64,000 nt of DNA from Eukaryota sp. TZLM1-RC. Lineage: Eukaryota > Protista > Metamonada: BaSk clade. The notes below the pieces were generated by a model. The model did not search any database, was not told where the DNA came from, and was given only the letters and a program-made list of their open reading frames with translations. The stretch is from NCBI GenBank assembly GCA_040285825.1, contig JAUPSS010000002.1:1922001-1986000 (forward strand), written 5' to 3'. Below, in pieces: positions 50,812 to 61,000 of this stretch. Both the position numbers and the translations under genes were made by a program. Position 1 is the first letter of the stretch, and every line of letters starts with the position of its first letter.

Positions 50812-51626
50812 CCGCAGACGAAAAGAGAAACGCTTCCGAGAGAGTCTCAACAAATTTCAAAGGCTGACTGGACATCCTGAACAACTCTACCTTGCTGTGG
50901 CTTCTGCTAGTTTCCCTTCTCATTGCCGAAAAGTCAATCGATATGGATCAGCAAGGGCTTTCAGAAAATGGTTGTGTTATCAAAAGGACGTGAAGCACTT
51001 GTCAACCAGTGAATTTAATACAAGCAAACTGTCCAGTTGTTGCATGGCGGAGAATATTCAAGCAGGCTCATGGCAGATACGTATTTGTATTTGTCAAATA
51101 TTATATGACAGAGATATTTCCGCTGCAAAAATATTCAAATTAAGAGGAAACGGAATTGTGGCCGGATCGATACAGTTGTCCAGAAGCTCTGTTGAGGAGA
51201 TGAATGGGTAACCTGAGCATACAGAAACAAAAACTTTTGAAAAACTGATATTATATTTTCATTTTTTTATTTTATTTTTAATTTTTTTTGAAAAACTTTT
51301 GAGACCGATCTACAAATCCTTAGTAACATTTGGTAGATCCACTTAGATACATCAAGTCGCGAGGCTTTGTTCTGTGAAAGCAGTAGGTGTATTTAAGTGA
51401 GGTAGCCCATTGATAAAGATCAAAATTGTCTTTGTCAAATGACGCTACATGTTTCTTACAGCCTGTGAGTAGACATTGAGAAAGTTGAAAACAGGAGTGA
51501 AATTCACAATAGTACATGAACATGAGTTGTTTGGTTAATGATCTAAAATTGTATCACAATGGTTTTCAAACAATGGCCTTACCCTTTATTTCATTTGCAA
51601 CTACTTTACATTTAAGAAATGAGTAA

Positions 51627-52184
51627 ATGGTAGATGACACTCTTCATCATTCCTTCTCCTGTCCTGTTTGTTGGGATACAATGTACAAACCGATCCTTCT
51701 AACTCCATGTGGTCATACAGTCTGCAGTTTGTGCTTTTCTAGGCTCAATCAACGTTGTCCTCTCTGTCGAGAATCAATAGGGTCATCTGTGGATAACCTA
51801 CACCTCAGAAATGTGATTGAAGATTATCTATCCTCTAGCAATGCTGTTTCGTCCCGTAATGCTGGAATACAACGCCAGCTATCCAGTGTTGAACATCGAC
51901 TAAACAGTGTTAAACATAGAATGATTGAAACTTCTAAAGAAAAGGACGAAGCAAGACATAACATTGATGTTTACAGAAAAGTTGTCAATCACTTTATGGA
52001 GAAAGAGAAGGAACTCTTAGTTGAGTTGCAACAAGTGAGAGATGGCCTGAATGAATCTAATTCAAAACTTGATACCTATGTCAATCTACAACGGAATCTA
52101 GAAGTTCAAGAGACCAAACTGGGTAATTTGCAATCCTCTTTACAGAAAGAATTCAATAAGTTAACCTTATTGGCAAGGAAATAG
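51627..52184 (+). CDS. RING-finger (C3HC4) plus coiled-coil protein
   Basis: CPVC..PCGHTVCSLC..CPLCR. Confidence 0.88.
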   Translation: MVDDTLHHSFSCPVCWDTMYKPILLTPCGHTVCSLCFSRLNQRCPLCRESIGSSVDNLHLRNVIEDYLSSSNAVSSRNAGIQRQLSSVEHRLNSVKHRMIETSKEKDEARHNIDVYRKVVNHFMEKEKELLVELQQVRDGLNESNSKLDTYVNLQRNLEVQETKLGNLQSSLQKEFNKLTLLARK

Positions 52185-52864
52185 GTTGTGTATCCTGATC
52201 AATAATCAATACTACCAAAGTAGATGCCTTTTGTTTGAATTAATCTGCATCAATACATGATTATCATTTTATAAATCTCTCTTAAGTATCTTTCAGTTTT
52301 ATTTGGTCTATTCTCAACCTCACCCTGACTTGGCTTGCGGTTAGTCAAATTCACAAGGAGAACACACTTCTATTTGGAGGACACAGAATCAAAGAGAATG
52401 GGTTTTCAACTTCTATTTAATTGTTAATGAAGTTTAAAAACCATTCTCTTTGTTCATAATTAAACAAATGATGTATTCATCACGACGAATAAAACCTTCA
52501 TTATTCATCAATTTACAATCATTTGACTGATATAAAAAGTTTTTAAAGGGAAATTAATAGATAATAGATTAAGATTATTCATCTCATGCTTAACAAAAGT
52601 GGAGAACGGCATTTGTCTTCATTGTAATGCTTCAATTAAAGTTAAATGTCATCAGAGCAAACCTGTTGAACGATACTGTTAAACTTTTCGAAATCTTGAA
52701 CTGTGGTTGATTTTTATGTTGAATACAATTCCCCCAAACATTCCCAATTTCAGTTTTCCCCCAAAACTTCCCCAAACAATATGCCCCAAACAATATGCTA
52801 TTGTGGATATAATCCCATTGCCCAACCTTTTGTTATGTCTCTTTCTGCTCGCTACATCAATTCT

Positions 52865-52980
52865 GGTGCTTTGCTTTCTTTTGGATCTGACTATGAGAAA
52901 GTTGGAGCTAGTGTTTTTGTTTTGGAAGAGATGGATTTTTTAGATGTTGATTTATAGGTTTTCAATAAAAAAATTAAAAA
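52865..52980 (+). mobile_element. Family B extreme 3' end with A-rich tail
   Basis: ALLSFGSDYEKVGAS..MDFLDVDL-stop followed by AATAAAAAA. Confidence 0.65.
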
Positions 52981-53081
52981 AAATATACACACCTTAAAGT
53001 GAGAAAACATAAAACCATAAAACAACCATAAACCAACCATAAAACCATAAAACAACCATAAACCAGATCTTGTAAACCAGA

Positions 53082-53981
53082 TCATATGAATGCAGTAGAA
53101 GACTCAGAGTCCCTGGCAAAGGTTCGAAATAAATCCAGTATTCGATCACCATTCAGCAATAGATTTTGAGACAGTAGGGGAGGGGGGTCAGAAAAAGGAC
53201 GGAAGCAAGTGACGAGGGTAGAGAGACGTTGATAAAGAGAAAGAAGGAAAGATTGGGGCAGGGTTGAGGTTGTTAGTTTGTACAAAAGGGAGACAATTAG
53301 TTGCCGATCATGATTCCATGATGGGGTGATGAATGATGGTTTAATTGAGCAAAGGAGGATTACTATTGCCGAAGCATGGGATAAGTCACAATCAGTGTTG
53401 AGTAGTGAAAACCAGTGTTTGGAAAAGTTTTGGAACTGAGGAAGAAAACATGCAGGACGTAGACTCTTCTGTAGCTTTAATACAAGGTGTGGAACATCAG
53501 GAATAGAAGAGAGGGAAGACAGCCAGACTGATTCATATGAAGTCCAGGCAGCCACAAAAGAACTTGAGGGAAGGGACCTATGACAATGTAGTAACAGCTC
53601 TGTGTTGATCATTCTACAAAATAAGTGCCCCTGCATAGTAGAGACTTTTATATTTGATTTGATTCCAGAATCAATCTTGTATTCATGGTTATATTCCATA
53701 GAGGAAGGAAGAAAAAAAAACATTACTTAAAATAAAAGTGATTCTCAATTTCCGACATAAAGAGTGGTAGTAGCTGCAAGCAAGGATTCGTAGGAGAAGG
53801 TTCGTAGTAGAGTAAGTGATGAAATGTTGTAAGTGATGAAATGAAATTCAATTACGAATCTGGGCAATGATGACAACCCAACCAAACTCCACTCACCAAC
53901 TTTTGTAACATGTAGTTCTTGTCTAAAGAAAGGAAAATATTCAGAAAGTAATCTTGAACGATATGTCTCATTAATAAACAC
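53082..53981 (-). CDS. Hypothetical protein (exon structure unresolved)
   Basis: 213-aa and 78-aa ORFs with gene-like GC content; no recognised domain. Confidence 0.4.
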
Positions 53982-54003
53982 TTGTAACTAATTTTACTTT
54001 GAA

Positions 54004-55966
54004 TTGACAACTATAAGATTGATTGACTTCAACAAATTTTCAATTTTAGGAAACAAATTTTCAATAATTTCTGACTGTTTCTGTTCTGTGTTGACTGCCA
54101 GGGATAACGTTCTACAAACTACAACTGTGGGAGCGTCTGTCAACCAGTTCTTCGACTCAGATGCACAAGAAGCAATGGAACGCCAGTTCCAAGTTCTTGC
54201 TAGTATTGGAGCTCATGCTACTCACCTAGTACGACTCTTTGTGCTCCAATACCCAGAACACTCAGTGTGGCTTACTCAAAGCCAGTTCTGGAGCCTCTGT
54301 TTCGACTTTGTTTGCCAAAGTGAGCCTAAACAAAGGAGGCCATTTGAAAACCATCCTTTGGTTTACCAAGCGCTGCAACACCTTGTTCAGTACTTTTGGC
54401 CTTGGCGACCGCTGAATGAAACCACCTCAACCGACGGTGGTAGATTTTGGTGTCTTTCCACTCTTCTTGGCAGTCGAGCCATCCAACTGCGAGAAGCCTT
54501 TTGTCAGTTGCTTGCTGACGGCCTTGTCGTCTGGAAACGCAATATTTTCAAAAACTGTGCTCAGTTTCTAAATTGCCCCTGGCCCAAGAAATACGCCGAC
54601 TGTGTACTTCAAGGGATTCAGCCAGATGAGTCAATTTTACAATGGTATCAAGAAATACACCAGCATATCTTGGTCCATTGGCTCAATATGACAGCAAACG
54701 CCTATATTGGTGGCGGTCAAAATTTGTTCGAAAATTCAATAAGAAACGAACGGTTTCCCATCAACATGGAGTCTGCTGCAACAATCGTTCAACCTGGCTT
54801 GAACATTTTATCTTTTTTAGAAGATAACTGCCCTGATGTGATGAAAAGGCACTCTCTCTCCACTGTCCAGTTGGTCTTCATGCCTCTGCAGCTTGACTAA
54901 AGAAGCAGAAGCTTATTTCACAAAACTAAATGCAAACAAAGAGCTTCTGAACAACCCTTATCGGTTCTTTAATAAATCGAAATTTATTAACTATACCATT
55001 TTTTCGAATGGTGATTCCTTGCGGTTTACGTTTACCCAGAAGGAAAGAAAAACTTATAATAGGCCAAATAAAGCGGAATTTGAGCCCAGGCGAGCCTCTG
55101 GAAATTATGATTTTCATAACTCTGAAAGGAAACGAAAATCCAATTTCCATAGAACAGCAAATCCAGAGAGAAGACCGCGGTTACCAGTGGAACAACAGCC
55201 CAATTACAGAGATCCTGATGAAAATTTGTTTTTTGTAGCCATTGATCCCAACCAAAGCAATCTTTGTGGTTGGACTGCTGGTTCTTTCCGAAATTCTGCT
55301 ACTGTTTTTGAACGTTCTGGACTGCTACTGAATCCAAAAGAACGAAGACTAAATCACCCTCCTCCTCTCACTCAAGCAACTCCTAACACTTATTCCGCTC
55401 AGAGCTTCCAAGAGTATCTGATTGAAATAAGTTTACCTTATGTTCCTGAATCTGAGGAAGAGCCTGAATATGCTTCAATTATGTCTGGAAATTTGCAGCG
55501 TGGTGCAAGAAAAAAGCTGAGAAGAAATAAGTTTGATTTCTTCATACGAAGACAAAAGAGACTAACTAGTTTTATTAACAAAATTAAACGCTTATCTGAA
55601 GGAAGAAACACTATAGTTTGGTTCGGCAATGGCGGTGGTGGTCCATCTCGTCAATCTGTGAAATCCCCCCGAAAGAGATTTCTCAAACAAATCAAAAAAC
55701 ACTTTGGAAGCGTCAAAGTCGGGGACGAGTTTATGACCTCAGCAAAAGTGAATTGCTGTAAGGTCTTTCATAGAAAGATCTATCATGATGACGGAAGGGT
55801 AAATAACGCTAAGTTCGATTGCCCTCGATGTCAGACCAACTGGTCTAGAGACATCTCAGCCTCCAGAAACCAGCTGGAGATTGCAATTAGTGAGTATTTC
55901 ACTGGTACTAGGCCAGAACCATTCAGAAGGCCAAGGCGTGTGAGACGTCTAAGGAGACAGCAGTAG
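54004..55966 (+). CDS. Fanzor-like (eukaryotic TnpB) RNA-guided nuclease, ~600-650 aa, one frameshift at the (CT)n run 54852-54860
   Basis: RuvC-I AIDPN (D 55244), RuvC-II GDEFMTS (E 55727), NCC..CPRC zinc module, RuvC-III SRDISASRN (D 55850), terminal RPEPFRR. Start codon uncertain. Confidence 0.88.
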
Positions 55967-56016
55967 CTGTTTTAATCAACGTATTTCCAAGGTGTTTAGT
56001 GTATACTAACCCTTGG
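55954..56016 (+). ncRNA. Candidate Fanzor omegaRNA scaffold (two hairpins)
   Basis: GAGACAGC-AGTA-GCTGTTTT (55954-55973) and CCAAGG..TTAGT-GTAT-ACTAA.CCTTGG (55987-56016) at the ORF 3' end. Confidence 0.4.
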
Positions 56017-56109
56017 TGCTGAGAAGTTTATACAATTATTAGGGATATTTATTCAATATTCATTTTGTGTGAAATTCTCAGAACTTTTCCTTATAAGCAA
56101 TATTTCTCA

Positions 56110-57324
56110 ATGCCCCCAAAAGAGAAATCCAAGCCCAGACCACATCACAAGAATACTCTCTTCTTCCACTTTGGCAAAAATAAAGATAATGATAATGGTA
56201 AAGCACCATCTCCTATGGAAGAATCTCCATTGTCTAAACCCGAATCTCAACCACCAGTTCAGCCAATTAAAGACTCTTGTATTATAGATATTGACACTGT
56301 TTCCAATTCTCTACCACCTTCTGAACCTTGCCAATCACTCTCTCTTGCAGAACGTTATCCCAATCGCCATTTTCCTGAAGGAACAGTCTTCTACAAAGCA
56401 CCCAGTCAACAACTAACTAAATCACAAGAGACCAACCTAGTTGATTTTATCCTGCACACACCCAATCACAAGAATTACTCTCATTATTACCACTGTTTTG
56501 TGGATGCAACATGTCCAGATCTACCCCATGAACCCATCAAAACTCACAAACGTGATCGACACTTCATCACATTGGGACCAGACAAGAAAGTTTTTAAATT
56601 ATTTTCTTTTCATGATGACTTTTCTAGACCACCATATTTTGGAACAATTTCTCGGTCCTCCACCGTCATTACTCCATTGAAACCCTTGAGTAAAGATCCT
56701 GGTTTAGACTATGATATTGACTCAGCCGAGGAATGGGAAGATGAACAGGATGCAGAAGATCTTGTGTCTGGGGATGATAAGGAAGACGAGGAAAGCAGCG
56801 ATGAAGAAGATGTAGGGTTTGTGGTGGATGATGGGTATCTGTCTAAGGATGAGGGAAGTGATGAAGAAGAGGGCCTGAAATCCAGAGAAGTCAATGATGA
56901 TGACGTGGAGGGTCAGAAATCAGTTGTTGTGGGTCCATTCTTTGCTTCTGATGGAGGGACAGTACCACCCGAACTTCAAAATTTGGCAATTGTCACTTTT
57001 TTATCCACACCAGTCAACATTAGGCGATCTTCTGCACTTGCGCAAGCTTATGGTAACACTTCTCCATGGCCCTTGGAACATCTGAGACTTTTGGTTCAAC
57101 TTATAATGCAAAATTCCAACAACAAAATTGAAGTTCTTGTTAGTTCTTTTTTGAGTACAATTGAAGAACAAAATGCTTCATTAGAGGGTTCCTCATTACC
57201 ACAAAAGAAGTATACCAAGAAGGCAATACGGCATGTTATTGGAAACTTATTTAACAAGGAAGGTTCAGGAAAGTCCACTCATTATATTGTTAAAGATGAA
57301 ATTAGAGAAGAACTTGGTCTCTAG
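56110..57324 (+). CDS. CHAF1A: Chromatin assembly factor 1 subunit A (Cac1/FAS1/p150)-like, compact
   Basis: KLFSFHDD..RPPYFGT..KDPGLDYDIDSAEEWE..GFVVDDGYLSKDEG, plus a C-terminal winged-helix-like region. Confidence 0.85.
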   Translation: MPPKEKSKPRPHHKNTLFFHFGKNKDNDNGKAPSPMEESPLSKPESQPPVQPIKDSCIIDIDTVSNSLPPSEPCQSLSLAERYPNRHFPEGTVFYKAPSQQLTKSQETNLVDFILHTPNHKNYSHYYHCFVDATCPDLPHEPIKTHKRDRHFITLGPDKKVFKLFSFHDDFSRPPYFGTISRSSTVITPLKPLSKDPGLDYDIDSAEEWEDEQDAEDLVSGDDKEDEESSDEEDVGFVVDDGYLSKDEGSDEEEGLKSREVNDDDVEGQKSVVVGPFFASDGGTVPPELQNLAIVTFLSTPVNIRRSSALAQAYGNTSPWPLEHLRLLVQLIMQNSNNKIEVLVSSFLSTIEEQNASLEGSSLPQKKYTKKAIRHVIGNLFNKEGSGKSTHYIVKDEIREELGL

Positions 57325-57447
57325 GATATCAATCACTATATTGGTTTATTTATAATTTTTTTATTTCCGTTTCTTTATTTAATTGCAATTTATTATTTGA
57401 GCTATTATAAAACAAACACTTTCTTTTCGAATTTCTTTATTCATTAT

Positions 57448-58228
57448 CTACATTTCAAGCATATCTTCAGCGTATTTTCTTCCAAATTCGTCAGCTTGTG
57501 AAACTATAAATTCAGGAACCAATGAATGTGTGCCATCAGCTCTAACCCAAGACATCTCTAAAACATATTCCTTAGTGGTGGCCTGTTCTCGTTGTCTAAC
57601 CACATGTAGAACCTTTGCTGCTTCCTTGACTGCCTCTTCCACTGTCATTGTGGTAAGAGAAAGACGTTCCAATTCAGCTTTGGCTTGGTGTGATCTGTTC
57701 CCTATGGCTGTAGCCATATAGCCAAGATGCGAACCTGACGGATCTACTAGATACAATGTTGGTTCATTATCCTCCATGCCACCTATCAGAGTAGAGACGC
57801 CATATGGGCGAACAGGGGACCTCATTGTGTAAATGTGCATGTGTAGGGCTATGCGTTTGGCTAATTGTGAAGGAGAAATAGCAGTGCCAAAGCTGGAACG
57901 CCATTGTTTAGCCTGATCACGGGCTTCTGATGCCAGTGTTCTTGCATCAGCGGTTAATCCGGCCATCGCAAAACCAATGCGTTCATCAATTGTATAAACT
58001 CGTTTTTGAGAAGACATGAGGAGTAATGAAGACGGAACTTCTTTTTCGACAGCAAAAACTACACCATCGCTGACACGTAGTGCTACTACTGTACTGATGT
58101 AAGGATTATAAGGATCGGTCATACCCAGAGTTCGCTACTGCTTTATTAGCATATTCGACCTGAAAGACACGACCATCAGGAGAGTATGTAGTGGGAGAAA
58201 GATCATAACCAGTTCCGATTGAAGACAT
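57448..58228 (-). CDS. PSMA3: 20S proteasome subunit alpha-7; 31-nt intron at 58094-58124
   Basis: [30 protein letters not shown]|TVVAL after splicing; RPYG. Confidence 0.95.
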
Positions 58229-58639
58229 GAGAAGATGATGTTGATGAGAACAAAAATGTATGCTTTAGAATTGGATTGTTATCTTGACTGAAATTATCTA
58301 CCTTTGTACCAATGTTAGAATTCTGAACGTACGAAATTGGTACAAAGTTTGTACCAAACCTTTGTTTAATTCCACACATCATAAGTTAGTACCAATTTAA
58401 CTAATACATACAGCTCTTACAGCTTCATCTTATCTTATTCATTGCTGAAACAAAAAACGATAAAATTGTTGACAATGACTATTACATTGGATAGACGATT
58501 GACCATATTTATCAGAAACAAAACATAATCAAAAATAAGTTTTGTCGATACCAGATTTGATGCCATAAATGAATTGATCATAGGTAAAAACAAAATTTAT
58601 TATAACTAACTAAAAGAGATACCAGAACCCTCTATAGTA

Positions 58640-59545
58640 GTGACCTGCTTCATAATCTCTCTCTGTTTGTCAAAAATTAGGCCATGACGTTCGCCAAACT
58701 GCTGAAAACTAAGAACAACACTCAAAGATTTTGATGAACAAAATCCAAATCACACTGGATAAGTCCCTTGTTTAAAAATCTATACATAATTTGAAATTCT
58801 TCATTGATCTCCTCTACGGTTTCCATTCTCCTATGATCTAGCCCAAGTAATGAGGCCATTTCTAAAGGCGTTAAAGCTTCTGAACAGAGATCAACCTAAT
58901 TACCATGATCTACCAATAGTTGGGGGTGAAAAACACAGTCAGCAACAGATTTACCAAAGCCCTCAACAGAAACAAGAGGAAGCTGGACATTAGGATTTAA
59001 TGGTAATGCAAGAGTCTTTTGAACTCTGATAGATTTTTCTAAAACTGAATCCCAAATTAAATTATCGATAAAATAGGTAGATCTAATGATTTGAAGTGAG
59101 GTAAAATCAGATTTGTGATTTAGCAAGTACTTTTCAATAATGCCCTTACAATAAAAATGGGGAAAATCGGCATAATTTGAGCCAGCAAAAGAACAATAAA
59201 CTATGTTGGGAACACCATTTTCAATGCAGATATCTGTGAGACGGATTGCGACTTCCACTTCAATAGTAGAAGCTTCGATATAATCAGGTGCATAATCAGC
59301 AGTGTTTTGAATCAAAACAACAGTGTCCATGAACATCACAGCTTCCCGTACTGCAGTGGAGGACGAAATATCACCAACTAATATCTCCAGCTTGAGCGAA
59401 GCCTTTTGTAATGATGAAAGTGCTGATGCATCATGTTTAGTAAAGGCGGAAACAGAGTTAACTTTTTCAATGAATAAATGATTGAGAATAAGGCCAATGA
59501 TGCTACACCATGCTTTTCTGATGCACCAAACACAAGAATATTCAT
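58640..59545 (-). pseudogene. NmrA-like NAD(P)-binding protein, disrupted
   Basis: MNILVFGAS start followed by a frameshift; VGDI, PHFYCKGIIEKYL, IIRSTYFIDN, LVSVEGFGK; in-frame TAG at 58896 after which homology continues (LCSEALTPLEMA). Confidence 0.65.
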
Positions 59546-59738
59546 TTCATTTCGATGGGAAATTCCAAAAAGAAACCAAAACTTAGCAAGAAAAAGATGG
59601 CTGAGGATGTTCTGGGCTCAACTAATACAGAATAAGTAACAGTGAGAGATCATGGCCGAACATATCCACAAAAGAAGGTATTTAGTTGTAATGCAATTCA
59701 TAATATAAAATCCTCTTTTCTCCCGTTATTCAGTCAAC

Positions 59739-60204
59739 ATGGGGTTTGTTAGTCCTTCCCCTTCCCATTAACTTCAGTAAACCACGTGGTATTAGAACAG
59801 CACGTAAGTATGTCAATATGAGGAAGGACAGCCGATGGGCTGACAAAGATTACAAGCGCACCCATCTTCTTGCTTCTCTCAAGGCTAAGCCTTTTGGAGC
59901 TGCCTCCATGGCCAAGGGTATTGTCCTTGAAAAACTCGGTATCGAATCCAAGCAACCTAACTCTGCTATTCGTAAGTGTGTCCGTGTTCAACTTATCAAG
60001 AACGGTAAGAAGATCACTTGTTTCGTCCCCAACGATGGTTGTTTGAACTTCATCGATGAAAATGACGAAGTTCTTGTCACTGGATTCGGTCGTAGAGGCC
60101 GTGCCGTTGGTGATATTCCAGGTGTCCGCTTCAAGGTCGTCAAGGTTGCCGGTGTTTCTCTCAACGCTCTCTACCGCGAAAAGAAGCCCAAACCCAGAAA
60201 TTAA
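59739..60204 (+). CDS. RPS23: 40S ribosomal protein S23 (uS12); 34-nt intron at 59744-59777
   Basis: MG|[34 protein letters not shown]. Confidence 0.97.
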
Positions 60205-61000
60205 CCTATTACATTTGCCTTCGTGGCTTTTTAGTCATTGTAGTTGCTTTACCAAGTCTCCGTATATGTTCGTTTGCCATTACAATCAACGGTTGATAAA
60301 CTTTTTGAGTCTAAAATATCAATAAAATCACAAAGTACATGTTTTTAACGTATCTAGATTAAATGACATACGAACACCTCCATTAGCTAGGTTATTCAAC
60401 ATTGGTAAACAATCAGATTCTTTTGACAAGTGGCCATTCTTCTTCAACTCTTCAGCATGGATCCATAATTATGACAGTGTGATTCTTTGCGCAAAAATTT
60501 CAAAAGCACAATTTGGAAGTAGAGATTCAAGCAGCATGTATTGAATTACTGTTGAGTTAAATCACAACTGCTACTGCGAAAAACAAACTGATGAGGATTT
60601 TATGTAGAAAATCTTGGTTCAGTTTATTTGGTCAATTGTTTATGTTTAATATGTAAGTCTTCAATCAACATTAACCCATTCAATGTTTTTGTAAATCGTG
60701 TACATCAACAACAATTTAATGTTTTATCTCTCTCACACACTGTCATTTGCAACACCCTTATTCGGTGTTTCAATGCTATCATTGAATTCAATGAATGCAG
60801 TTACAAGCATTTCATTGTTTCAAAAGATAAATCCTTTCATATTGTTGTAATTGTTTAAATCTGTTCGTTAGCACAAATCAACTCTTGTCAGTAAAACATC
60901 AGTGAAAGGATGGTAAACGCACTATCGCTAAAAAAATTAATATCTTTGATTTTTTAGAATATCAATTAGTACTGACAAATTTTTATTACATTTTATTGAA

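Larger units (their letters stand above)
49100..51211 (+). pseudogene. Divergent Fanzor-like nuclease split by an LTR element
   Basis: KTNG, VIGVDLG (RuvC-I D at 49476), KFDNR|RRKEKR restored in frame after removing the insertion, SEFNTSKLSSCC (RuvC-II) and YDRDISAA (RuvC-III). Confidence 0.8.

Noticed and set aside
52590-52690. BED-finger-like peptide (GICLHCNASIKVKCH)
   Set aside because: Isolated, with no adjoining transposase motifs.
53006-53065. AAAACCATAAAACAACCATAAACC repeats as a CRISPR-like array
   Set aside because: Two low-complexity ~30-bp tandem units with no unique spacers; no cas genes; eukaryotic context.
54852-54860. Programmed +1 frameshift in the Fanzor
   Set aside because: The paralog is in a single frame across this point and the break is in a CT microsatellite, so slippage or assembly error is simpler.
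53960-56060. TIRs/TSDs bounding the Fanzor element
   Set aside because: No convincing inverted repeat or duplication found by eye; the ends remain undefined.
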